DNA of 56,275 nucleotides from Macrostomum lignano (Eukaryota): NCBI GenBank assembly GCA_002269645.1, contig NIVC01001429.1, positions 1 to 56,275 of the forward strand, read 5' to 3'. Shown piece by piece: positions 11,447 to 24,300 of this stretch (position 1 is its first letter; each line of letters starts with the position of its first letter). The notes under the pieces were generated by a model. It saw only the letters and a program-made list of their open reading frames with translations, ran no database searches and was not told where the DNA came from. The position numbers and the translations under genes were made by a program.

Positions 11447-14400
11447 CTATATTGCGTACAAAGTGACAGCAAAACCGATCACTAAACCAAGTGTCACGTC
11501 CAGGACAAGGACTGCCAGGCCGGAGACAACGAAAACGGCGAAATCAACGCGGGAAACTCGAAAAATACGCGGCAATTCTTTCAGCGGTGACATGACGTTG
11601 ATAAGCGACACGACTATGATGGAGCCCAGCACGCAGGTAGGGATGGTCTCGAAGAATGGCCCAATTGCTAGCAGCACTAACAGCATGCCTGAGCAGCTGA
11701 TGAGGCTGGCGAGCTGGCTCTTCATGCCTACCTGGGCGGGTGGTTTGACAAAAACTCAACCATTTTGTTTATTTTCAAGCGATTTTATTAAAATATGAAT
11801 AGGTTTGCAAAACGCTGTGCCTACTGCCAGGTATACATATTTACTAAAGTTACGCCACCACCAGCCTCCCAGATCCTCAGTTGCTGGGCTACCAGCCTCC
11901 CAGATCCCCGGTTGCTGGGCCAGCCTCCCAGATCCCCAGTTGCTGGGCCAGCCTGCCAGATCCCCAGTTGCTGGGCCAGCCTGCCAGATCCGCAGCTGCT
12001 GGGCCAGCCTCCCAGATCCCCAGCTGCTGGGCCAGCCTGCCAGATCCCCGGTTGCTGGGCCAGCCTCCCAGATCCCCGGTTGCTGGGCTAGCCTCCCAGC
12101 TCCCCAGCTGCTGGACCAGCCTCCCAGATCCCCTGCTGCTGGGTCAGCCTCCCAGATCCCCAGTTGCTGGGCCGCCGCAGGCTCACCGACACCACCACAG
12201 AGTTCCTGGCCAGAGCTCCGCAGGCGAAGAAGCACTGGAAGAAGCTGGACACCAGACTGCTGACTCCCAGTATGGCGAAATCCTCATTGAAATCGTAGCT
12301 GTACTGAAACTCCAGGCAGTACATCTTGGCCAGGGACATTGTGACCACGCCGCCAACCAGCCCAACCGGGATGGCCGCTGGGAGCATCGCTGGCAGGAAG
12401 CCAAAATCCGGAACCAGCGGAGATGGCAGACCGCGTGGCACCTCGCCAACAATGGCCACTTGGAGTTTTTCGTTAAATTTGGCAAACTTTGAGACTAGCA
12501 GACTGATAACAATCATGATGAGTTCAATCGGTAGAGGCACTCTAATCTTCTTTTTAACTCGCGGATTAACGAACTCTTTCACGAGGTAGAGAATGATAAT
12601 GGAGCCGATCGATATGCCCAGAGTGACGAAGTTGGTGGACTTGATCACTTTGAACTGGTTGATTAAGCTCTGAGGGTGGATTGGAAATGAGCGCATATTA
12701 TGCTAATTTTTATTAATTGGACATCTATAGCATCAGAACTCCGACATCCATAGAGTCAAATCGAACATCTATAGCGTCAGGAATTGGACATCTATAGCAT
12801 CAGGAATCGGACATCTATAGCATCAGGAATCGGACATCTAAAGCATCAGGAATCGGACATCTATAGCATCACGAACCGGACATCTATAGCATCACGAACC
12901 GGACATCTATAGCATCAGGAATCAGACATCTATAGCATCAGGAATCGGACATCTATAGCATCAGGAATCAGACATCTATAGCATCAGGAATCGGACATCT
13001 ATAGCATCAGGAATCGGACATCTATAGCATCAGGAATCGGACATCTATAGCATCAGGAATCGGATATCTATAGCATCAGGAATCGGACATCTATAGCATC
13101 AGGAATCGGATATCTATAGCATCAGGAATCGGACATCTATAGCATCAGGAATCGGACATCTATAGCATCAGGAATCGGACATCTATAGCATCAGGAATCG
13201 GACATCTATAGCATCAGGAATCGGACATCTATAGAATCAGGAATCGGACATCTATAGCATCAAGAACCGGACATCTATAGCATCGAGATCGGACATCTAT
13301 AGCATCAGGAATCGGACATCTATAGCATCAGGAATCGGACATCTATAGCATCACGAACCGGACATCTATAGCATCATGAACCGGACATCTATAGCATCAT
13401 GAACCGGACATCTATAGCATCGGAATCGGACATCTATAGCATCAGGAATCGGATATCTATAGCATCAGGAATCGGACATCTATAGCATCAGGAATCGGAC
13501 ATCTATAGCATCAGGAATCGGACATCTATAGCATCAGGAATCGGACATCTATAGCATCAAGAACCGGACATCTATAGCATCGAGATCGGACATCTATAGC
13601 ATCAGGAATCGGACATCTATAGCATCAGGAATCGGACATCTATAGCATCAGAAACCGGACATCTATAGCATCACGAACCGGACATCTATAGTATCAGGAA
13701 TCGGACATCTATAGCATCAGGAATCGGACATCCATAGCATCAGGAATCGGACATCTATAGCATCACGAACCGGACATCTATAGCATCAGGAATCGGACAT
13801 CTATAGCATCACGAACCGGACATCTATAGCATCACGAACCGGACATCTAAAGCATCAGGAATCGGACATCTATAGCATCAGGAATCGGATATCTATAGCA
13901 TCAGGAATCGGACATCTATAGCATCATGAACCGGACATCTATAGTATCAGGAATCGGACATCTATAGCATCAGGAATCGGATATCTATAGCATCAGGAAT
14001 CGGACATCTATAGCATCAGGAATCGGATATCTTTAGCATCAGGAATCGGACATCTATAGCATCAGGAATCGGATATCTATAGCATCAGGAATCGGATATC
14101 TATAGCATCAGGAATCGGACATCTATAGCATCAGGAATCGGATATCTATAGCATCAGGAATCGGACATCTATAGCATCAGGAATCGGATATCTATAGCAT
14201 CAGGAATCGGACATCTATAGCATCAGGAATCGGATATCTATAGCATCATGAACCGGACATCTATAGCATCGAAATCGGACATCTATAGCATCAGAAATAG
14301 GACATCTATAGAGTTGGAATTGGGACTTATATAGCAACTCACAGCTACAATCCTGAAGTGACTGTTGCTTCTCTCGGGCTGAATCCCGAGCAGCAGAGGC

Positions 14401-15080
14401 AGTTGGCTGACAACAACCTGAACAGCCGCCGCGGCGGTGAATCCCTTCAGCATGGCATCCGACATGTAGCGCATAAAGAATCCCAAGCGCAGAATCCCGA
14501 CCGTCAGAATCATAACAGAGGCGGCAAAAGTGCCAACCACGGCAGTTTGCAGCTTGGCATATTCAGCCCCAGTGTAGTTCATCGGTGCACTAAAGTTACC
14601 CGGCATCCGACGTATATAAGCTTCGTAGTTCGCTTCGATCATGTCGGACAATAATAGAGCCATCAGAGAGAATGTACCAATAGACAGGTGCCTCGATCGG
14701 CCGAATATGCCGAATATGAATACGGGAAACAGAGACGTGTACAGACCGTTGATTGGTTTGAGGCTGGCTAGCAGTCCGTAAGCCAGGCCTTGGGGTATGT
14801 GAAACACGCAGGTAGTGAACCCCGCCACAACGTCGGAGAGCAGGTCGGTTCTGCTATACTGATTAAGTCGAAGCAGATTCACTAACGGCACCAAGTTGAG
14901 CAGACGGCTGACCCAGTGCCGACCGGTGCAGCCTCCGCACTGCTGTTTAGCTTCATCGCGAGCAACCTCTAGCAGGGATCGCTTTCGACGGAATGTCTCT
15001 CGATATTTTGTAGCAAAAGTGCCATAGTCTAGGACTGGTCTGTGCACATGGTAGGTCAGGTCTTCGGTATTGTCCGCCAT
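11447..15080 (-). CDS. SLC26 (prestin/pendrin-like) anion transporter, paralogue A; exons 15080-14343, 12669-12187, 11731-~11447; C-terminus frameshifted
   Basis: Motifs DVVAGFT...IPQGLAYGLLA..PINGLYTS, GRSRHLSIGTFS, GFTAAAAVQV, VPLPIELI and GMKSQL. Both GTGAG donors and CAG acceptors are phase 0 (738-nt and 483-nt exons). Stop or frameshift after LYAI; no clear STAS domain. Confidence 0.85.
11870..12180. repeat. 28-bp minisatellite, ~11 units, in SLC26-A intron 2
   Basis: Unit ggccagcctcccagatccccagttgctg. tgctggg recurs at 11913, 11941, 11969, 11997, 12025 and 12053. Confidence 0.95.
12712..14310. repeat. 23-bp minisatellite, ~69 units, filling SLC26-A intron 1
   Basis: Unit ggacatctatagcatcaggaatc with minor variants. 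Confidence 0.97.
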
Positions 15081-16125
15081 CGGTTGTCTGAAAGGTATGG
15101 GTGCAACGGAGTCGGACGGAAAGTGGCATGAGTTGTTTAATAATGTACGAGTAATTAAATATATAGTACATTTGAAGCTGGATACGACTCTGGAAGTCAC
15201 GCGTCTTAAAGACGTAGATCGAAAACTAAGGACAAGCCGTGTCTTAAAGATGTTGTGTTCTCCGCTTCTTTATTGAATCGAGTTGAAGTCGTGAGACACA
15301 AACTACTGTGAGTTCGAAACTCAATATGAGCCTTGGCTCTCCTATGCGCTTGTGCAAGGAATTCTAAATCTAGCGACTGGAATGACAACTGAAATATCAG
15401 TTATACAAAATGAGGCCAAGATTAGAGATCGCAAGCGTACGGAGTAAACACACAGAATATTCAAAAAGAAGGATCGTATTTCAAAGTATATTTCCGAAAC
15501 AACAAAAGCACAGAAATGAAACGCGACAAGAAGACGTTGAAATTATATCAATTTCTAGATGTAACACAAGTAGGCACAGGAGTATGTCAAGCAAGCGAAG
15601 CAGCCGGACTCACAGACAACAGAATATAAGAGAAAACGATCAACTCGGGTGAATAGCGTCGAGCATGCTTGTCCACATCAACCAGCTTGAGCTGCTCAGT
15701 AATAAAAGCCAGGCAAGACGGCGCACTGCCGTCTGACGGACAATTGTCCTGCTGGAGCAACTGAGACTATCTAGAGCACGTAGCCTCTTTGTGGTCAACG
15801 TGGAATGCATTGGATTCAGTTGCAGACTTCACAAAGCCCATTAAATTTACAAGCTGCGTGGCTGAACTCAGAGTTGAGGACACTGGAATGATGTGGCTGT
15901 ACTGTTTTGGCGATACTGCCCGGCTGCCATAAAAAACTAGGACTTCCAACTTACAATTCACGGCTATGCAACTCTTGAGCATGGGAGGTAGACCATTAGC
16001 TATAAGCATAATGCTGAGAGTGTCTGCTGGTTGATGCGCAGTAAATCCGGACGGCTTCAATTCTCTTTCGAAAACTTAGCGACCTTGAATTCTTTCACTG
16101 GCAAAATAATCCCTCACTTGTTGTT

Positions 16126-16539
16126 TCACTTGTGCGACATCGATCTCGTGACGCCGTTGCGACAAGATGCGTTTCCTGATCGCGAAGCTAGTGGAGTTTT
16201 TGTGAAATATGATGTCATGCTGGTCGTGCTGTATTGGGTGGGAACTGCATCTTCTCTTAATATTTTTTTTACAAGATTGGCACCTTCTACGTGTTGTTTC
16301 TTTTTCCGATATGCATTGCTGTCCTGATTCTCAGTAATAAAATCTGATTCCGTGCAGTAAAGAGAGCAAATTCGAGTGTGCTTCGATGGCTTGAAAGTTG
16401 CTTTTCGGGAAATGCTCCTTAACCATTTTTCCAGCAGGTCGTCTCGATTCGGAAACTTGTGGAATGAAATCCTCGCTGACCGTGCCGTTGCCGACTCGCG
16501 GCTGGACTTGCAGCCAAAAACGGCGCATTTATTTGGCAT
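16126..16539 (-). pseudogene. THAP domain (P-element/THAP9-like N-terminus), truncated
   Basis: MPNKCAVFGC...FHKFP...KW...RICSLY..SDF. The fourth zinc ligand (His) is replaced by Tyr, and no transposase core follows. Confidence 0.7.
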
Positions 16540-16914
16540 GCAGAGGACGCAAAACTTCTGCAGAGGACGCAGAGACTTGGCTTCAGGAAAGTCAATCTGG
16601 CATATTAGTGCTTATAAGCAGACTAAGACAAAATAAGGCGAACGAAGATGATTCTTCTTAGTGGCAGTCTAAGTTGATGCGGCAAAAAAATCCTATGTCT
16701 GTGGCAATCGCAGTAAGCCTTATCTTGTATAAAAAAGTCCTCACCGCTGTTTCAGTTGTCATTCCAGTAGGATTTAGAATTCCCTGTCTTGTGTATTTTT
16801 AGATAGCGACCGCTGGCTTCAAGCTCATACCTGTAGAGCGTGAGTTCCAAAGCATGTCTATGGCTGAACAGAAAAACTTTGTATAAAGTACATGTAAAAG
16901 CACACACACACAAC

Positions 16915-17617
16915 GAAAGACATCGATCGAATAGTAAGTCCAAGTCGTGTCTTGAAGACTTCGATCGAATAGTAAGGCCAAGTCGTGTCTTAAACATGTC
17001 GATCGAATAGTAAGGCCAAGTCATGTCTTAAACACTTCGATCGAATAGTAAGGCCAAGTCATGTCTTAAAGACGTAGATCGAAAACTAAGGACAAGTCGC
17101 GTCTTGAAGACGTCGATCGAATAGTAAGGTTAGGTCGCGTCTTGAAGACTTCGATCGAAAGTAAGGCCAAGTTGCGACTTGAAGACTTCGATCGAAAGTA
17201 AGGCCAAGTCGCGTCTGAAGACTTCGATCAAAAATAATGCCAAGTTGCGACTTGAAGACTTCGATCGAAAGTAAGGCCAAGTCGCGTCTTGAAGACTTCG
17301 ATCGAAAACAATGCCAAGTCGCGTCTTGAAGACTTCGATCGAAAGTAAGGCCAAGTTGCGACTTGAAGACTTCGATCGAAAGTAAGGCCAAGTCGCGTCT
17401 GAAGACTTCGATCAAAAATAATGCCAAGTTGCGACTTGAAGACTTCGATCGAAAGTAAGGCCAAGTCGCGTCTGAAGACTTCGATCAAAAATAATGCCAA
17501 GTCGCGTCTTGAAGACTTCGATCGAAAGTAAGGCCAAGTCGCGTCTTGAAGACTTCGATCGAAAACAATGCCAAGTCGCGTCTTGAAGACTTCGATCGAA
17601 AGTAAGGCCAAGTCGCG
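16915..17617. repeat. ~37-bp tandem repeat, ~18 units, with an outlying copy at ~15200-15250
   Basis: Unit gaagacttcgatcgaaagtaaggccaagtcgcgtctt. Confidence 0.95.
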
Positions 17618-18310
17618 ATCAGCTTTAGTCGAGTAATTTCCAAACTAGAAGATCATTTTTTATGCGTTAGCGAGAACTAAAAGCACTTACACTGCATGCC
17701 GATGACCAAATACTCTTCGGAGTTTTTAGACGCGCTTCACTTTTTCAGCAAAGACCACGCAAGTGTTCTCGCTTTTCAGGTGCGGGAATAGCCCAGGTGT
17801 TCGCTAAAAAGGTGTACATTAGTCTGGTCTCTCTAGCTACTGTTACATGCTGAAATAATAATCACTTTCCCTACCTATAGATAAGACGACTTCTATAGTT
17901 GTACACTAAGTTACGATCATTCATTAAGTTACTTCAGTAAAAATAGTGAATACGTAGGTGCAATAAACTGAAAACCAGTTATACACCCACCGTACAGACA
18001 ATTAACAACGGCTATTGGTGTCGTAGAAGACCGCTTTTTAGATTTTAAGAGACTAACGGCAGGCGCTCCCTCAACGTGCAATCAGAAACCGCGCTCAAAA
18101 TGCTCACATTGATAAGAAGATCAGTCTGGAATAGGCGTTGCAACCAGTTTGAATCTCATGGCTATCTCTCACTCTCCCCCTCTTCGCTTCTTTTCTTAAG
18201 CGTTTCGTTTGACCTATTTTAGCGTGAAAGGAGCTCCTTTTAATGCTCACAAAAAATTTTAGTCGCATTTTTAGCAAGGAATTTCGTCGGACAGGCTCCG
18301 CGGGGAGATC

Positions 18311-21300
18311 ATGACAACGGCAACTGAATCAGAGGCTGACCTGTTGGAGAGCACTCGATCGGAAACAGTTCCGTTGTTGTCGGACGATTTGCACCATCTG
18401 TACGGATCTTCAACAACAAGACGGCGAGGCCTGCTTGGTAAGAAGCTGTTTCGCGGTCGCTGCAGTAATTGCTGCAACTCCTGCTGCAGCGAGCCAACGA
18501 TGGTAGCGCTGAAGCACCGAGCCGGGAGTTTGTTCCTGCTGCTGTTTCCGTTCTATTCCTTGGTCACTGGCGGAAGCTACTCAAGCAAAGCTCTGGTGTC
18601 GGACCTGCTCGCCGGGTTAACAATGAGCGTCTTTCACATACCGCAAGGCCTAGCCTATGGCTTACTGGCCGGTCTAAGACCCATCAACGGCCTGTACACT
18701 TCGCTGATACCCGTGGCTCTCTACTCTCTGCTAGGGAGGTCACGTCACTTATCGCTAGGCACTTTCTCGCTGACCTCGCTGCTGCTAGCGGACATGATCG
18801 GGACGACCTATCGTCAGTACATGGACCAGCTTCCAGGCTCTAACAGCACCATAATTAATTGCTCTTTATACTCAGAGGTTGATGAGATCAATCTAAATGC
18901 CGACTGTTCGAGCGACTCCGATGAGTACTACGGAGGACTCACCGTGGAAGAATACGCTAGACTTCAAGTCGCCGTTTTAGGCAGTTTTGCGGCATCAGTA
19001 ATCAACATGGCGCTTGGCACCTTGCAGCTCGGCTTTGTGATGAAGTACGTCTCCAACCCGATGCTTCGCGGCTTTACAACAGCCGCAGCTGTGCACATCT
19101 TCACCAGCCAGGTGCCGATGCTGCTGGGCGTTCAGCCAACTGGCGGCGACAACTTTGTTAAACTGATTGCCAGCTACACCGGAATAATTAACGACATCGC
19201 GTCGACTAACTGGACAACCGTAATCACCTCCGTAGCGTGCATGGTGCCGCTCTACTTAATGAAAGAGTACCTGAATCCGCGCGTCAAAAAGTGCATCAAA
19301 GTTCCACTGCCAGTTGAACTGCTCATCATTTTATCGGCGCTGGTGGCGTCACACGCGTTGCAATTGCAGTCGCACTTCGGCGTTGACGTAGTCGGAACCG
19401 TCCCGAGAGGCTTGCCGCTACCGCTAGTACCAGATTTCTCCTTCATGCCAAACGTCCTGCTCCCGTGCCTGCCTGTTAGTTTAGTCGGCGCGGCCATGTC
19501 CCTGTCTATCGGGAAAATGCACGCCCTGCAGTTTGACTATGAAGTTAATTACAATGGAGAGCTCTTTGTACTTGGAACGTCCAGTCTGTTTGGCAGCTTC
19601 TTCCAGTGCTTCTACGCTACTGGCGCGCTGGCTCGATGCGCTGTGGTGGTCGGAGCGGGCATGAAGTCGCAGGTGGCATCAGCAGTGAGCTGCCTCGTCT
19701 TGCTACTGGTTGTGCTAGCAGTTGGCCCGTTGTTCGAAGCCGTTCCCGAATGCGCTCTGGCCTCCGTCATCGTCGTGTCCTTAGTCGGGTTGTTCAAACA
19801 AGTGACCGATATTCCTAAACTGTGGCGCGAAGCCAAGTACCTGGACTTGAGCACATGGCAGTAGTAGGTAAAACAACGCTTCTAGACCCAGACCACTTTT
19901 TTAACAACCGTTTTAAGGGTCTAGAGGGGGGACACGGGGGGAAATTAAAAAAACACATCTAAACACCCTCCAACACAAAAACACCCTCCAACACCCCCAA
20001 ATAACAAAAATCAATAAAAATCATCCCCAACACTTCGAATTTTCCCCCCTTGTGTCCCCCCTCTAGACCCTTAAAACGGCCATTAAAAAAGGGCTGATCT
20101 AGAAGCGTTGTTTTACCTACTACTACATACACCAACCCCTCGCACGCGCCGCAGGCGCGAAGGGTCTTTTTCTGTTACTAAAAATAGAACAAAAAATGAC
20201 ACACGTTACACATATGCAAAATCTGAATGAATTGCAGGTAGGAGACCCAGTTGAATACCGAGGTGAGGGTCTTTTTGATGTGGTTGGAACAGCAGCAAAC
20301 TTCGTTAAAGATAATATGGGTCTTATAGGGCAAGCAGGCTCCGCAGCAGGTTCTATAACAAATGCTGTAAAAGGAGGAATTGAAGCAGCTAGGGCAGCAG
20401 AAGAACTAAAGAAATTGAGAGAATTTAACGACACCCTCTCACAAATAAATGCAATAAAAGATTTAAAGCTGGCACAAGCCGCACAACCAACAGAAACCCC
20501 CACGAAAAGCACGCCAATAAGTAATAAAGATATTCAGGATTTTAATAAAATGTTAACCACAATTAAAGGCGGAAAAGGATTAAAAAAATTTTAACAATAT
20601 AAAAATGGACTCAGTTAATGACGAAAAACGGCTATATTTTATAGGAGAAATTGTAGACACTTTAGATTTGGATGATAACAAACATAGCCACACAATGTTA
20701 AAAAGATTGGATCGTTTAGGTAAAAAACTTGACTACGATATCGATACATTTAAACTTGCTGCAAAATTTGCACAAGAAGGAAGGCCAATATCCTTTAAGA
20801 ATCGCGGCAGAAATTATAGGCTGACAGACTCCGATGTAAAATTTTTATTGGAGACTCATACTAAAAAAGACGGTGGATTGTTACCTATTTTACCAATTCT
20901 TTTAGGCCTCGGAGCAGCTGGAGCAGCCGGTTTAGCAGGTAAAAGAATTCATGATAACCGAAAACAGTTAGCAGAATTAAAAGCAAAACAGGGAGGCATA
21001 CTTCCACTTGCAACTTTGTTACCAATAATTTTTGCAGGAATAGGAGCAGCTGGTGGAATAGCAGGTGGCGCAGCTGGAATCACAAAAGCAGTAAATGATA
21101 AAAAAGCTGCGGATGAAAAAGCTAAACGAGATGCTGAATTTCAAAGACAGCAAATAACACAGGACGCACAATTCAAACAGAAACTCATTGACACCATTAA
21201 TAGTAGTTCAGCAACAGCAGAGCAAAAAAGAAATGCAGAAGCTAGGTTAGCAGCTGGAAAAGGTTTACTGTTAAATGGCAGCGGGTTGGTACTAAAAGGA

Positions 21301-24300
21301 ACAACCCAAGAAAGTGGAGTTGTAGCAGATAAACTACAGGAATTTGGTCAAACTTTAGAAAAAACGGGTGAGAAAGCTAAAGGATTTTTTGATAATATTG
21401 GAGCTAATTTTAGGCCGGCAGTTCAGAAGATTTTTACTAAGTTAGGAAAAGATTTTAACATAATTGAAAAACACGATGGAAGCGGATTATATCTCGAAAT
21501 GCGACCAAAAGCAGGTTCAGGAATTTTCTTAAATTCAAACGTTATGGGCAATGGATTACTGTTACCAAAAGCAGATCTCGAATAGGCTCCTGGGGGGTGG
21601 ATCAGGACACCAAAAACGCAAATTAAAAAATAAATAATTCAAATACTATATAAATTTCATTCTATAAAATGGAAGCAATTTTAGCTCAAATCGACAATCC
21701 TGAAATTGGAGCACAATTAATAGCTCAATTGGAATTAGAAAGAGCTAATATAGAAGCAAGAATTAGGGCAGAAAATGAGATACGTTTAGAAAGACAATTA
21801 AATGATATTGATAACCCCGAACCACAAAGACAAAATGGAGCTGAAGTAATAGATATAGATATTGATATAAATACAAATTATAAAGAATATTTTAAAGAAA
21901 TGAAAGATAAAGTAAAGACCATATTAAACAATTATACTATAAGACCAAATAACAAACGACAGCCAATTAAGTATAAAATAGAAGTTGAAACAGAATTTAA
22001 AAAACCAAATATACTTAATGCAAATTCAGAAATTGAAGTAATAAATAACTTTTCACAAGAATCATATAAGACATTACTATCAATGAGAAATTACGGTAAT
22101 CAATTTAATCAAATAGAAGCTGAGTTTGATGAATGGATAGATAAGATGACAGAAAACGGATCTGGGTTTATATTTGTATCTTGTAATTCAGCAACAGTAA
22201 AGATTGCTCCTATTGAAATTCTTAAAGGTCGATCACATATGAAGCTTTACTTTAAATCACCAATGATCATAAATCCAGATAATAATGATAATAAATGTTT
22301 ATTATGGTGTTTATTAATTCATAAATATCATAAACAAGTATAATCACATGTTAATAAAATATATAATTATATTCAATATGAGGATGAAATAATAATGAAA
22401 AACATATCATACCCAGTAGCAATAGATGATATATATAAGATTGAAAAAATGAATGGGTTAAATATTAATGTGTTTACAATTGAAGAACCAAAAGAAGAAG
22501 AAATTCTAACCGATCGGACGGAGACCGCGACCCATCAGGTCGATAAAGAATGGTATAAGAAAAACTGTTATTTAGTAAAACCAGCAACTGATATAACTGC
22601 ACCAGATCAAATCGACCTTTTGTACATACAGCGCGAAAATAAAACACATTATATATACATAAAGGACATTAGTTCTTTTTTAAGAGAAAATGGAAATAGA
22701 AAGCCATTATGCAGAAACTGTTTCACATTTAAATATGATGAAACGGCTCTTAGAAACCACCAACGATTTTGTTTAGATCACAAATTTACTAATGTTGTAA
22801 TGCCAGATTATGAAGATGCAACCCTAAAGTTCCAACAACATTATATGGCAATTAAAAAACCAATAGTAATATATGCTGATTTTGAAGCAACAAATGTTCC
22901 CTTAAAAGAATCACAGACAGTATCTGATGGCGAATGCACAAAAAAATTAGCACAACAGTTTCCGAATAGTTATTGTATATATGTACACTCCGTAGCTGAT
23001 CATATATTTAAATCAAGGATGATTACTTACCACGGTAAGGACGCAGCAAAACACATGGCAGAATCATTAGTAAATGCATTTGAATATATTCAAAATCAAT
23101 ATGATAAATTATCAAAAAATATTATTATGACAGATAAGGATAGAGACAATTATAAAAATGCAACAAATTGTTTTATGTGCAAAAGATATTTAAGTGGGAA
23201 AAATAAGATACGAGAACATTGTCATCTAACGGGAATTTATCGTGGTGCAGCATGTAGATCATGTAACGCAAAAGAAGGAAAAGGATGTAAGGAAATACCA
23301 GTATTTTTTCATAATGGATCCGGATATGATTTTCATTTCTTAGTTCGAGAATTACTTCATTTAGATAGGGATGAATATGAATTAAATATATTACCTAAAA
23401 CATCAGAAAATTATATATCAATAACATATGGTAAGAAATACTCCCATCTAGTTTTTCTAGACTCCTTAAGATTCTTATCAACATCTTTAGCAAATGTTGT
23501 TTCATCATTAGTTCCAAAACCTTGGGATTTAGAAATAGTAAAGAAAAACTTTCCAATACTATTGAAACATTTCAAAAAGGAAAAACTATCCGAGGAAGAA
23601 CTAATGCTATTAACGCGCAAGGGCATCTATCCATATGAATATGTAACATCTGAAAATGTATTTAATGATACTCAATTACCACCCATAGAGAAGTTTTATT
23701 CAACATTATCACAATCAAATATAAGTGAATCTGATTATGAACACGCGCAAAAAGTATGGAAATATTTTAATTGTAAAACATTTAAAGATTATCATAATCT
23801 TTATCTTAAAGCAGATGTTCTCCTATTAGCTGATGCGTTTGAAAACTTTAGGAATCATACATATGAGAATTTTAAAATTGATCCCGCATATTGTTTTAGT
23901 GCACCGGGATTAACATGGGCATGCGGTTTGAAATACACAGATGCTAAGATTGATTTACTAACTGATCATGATATGTTGTTAATGATTGAGAGAGGAATTC
24001 GCGGCGGATTCTCGGGGGTACTAGGAGATAGATATACTAAAGTAAATAATAAATATCTACCAAATTATAATAAAAAAGAAAAATCATCATATGTATTATA
24101 TCTAGATGCAAACAATTTATACGGTGGTTGTATGAAACAAAAATTACCAATAGCTGATTTCCAATGGGAAGATGACCCCAATTATTACAAAAATATTCCC
24201 GAAGGAAGGGGCTGTATCTTAGAAGTGGATTTGCAATATACTCGGGAAGCAAAAGCAAAAACATATAAATATCCTTTAGCTCCAGAGCATTGTTCAGTTA

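Noticed and set aside
11756-12492. Repetitive Pro/Gly/Trp-rich ORFs, and similar ORFs at 17086-17611 and 39171-39677
   Set aside because: They are translations of minisatellite or low-complexity DNA, partly inside a defined intron.
11870-17617. The 23-, 28- and 37-bp arrays as CRISPR arrays
   Set aside because: Head-to-tail units with no unique spacers, no cas genes, and a eukaryotic context.
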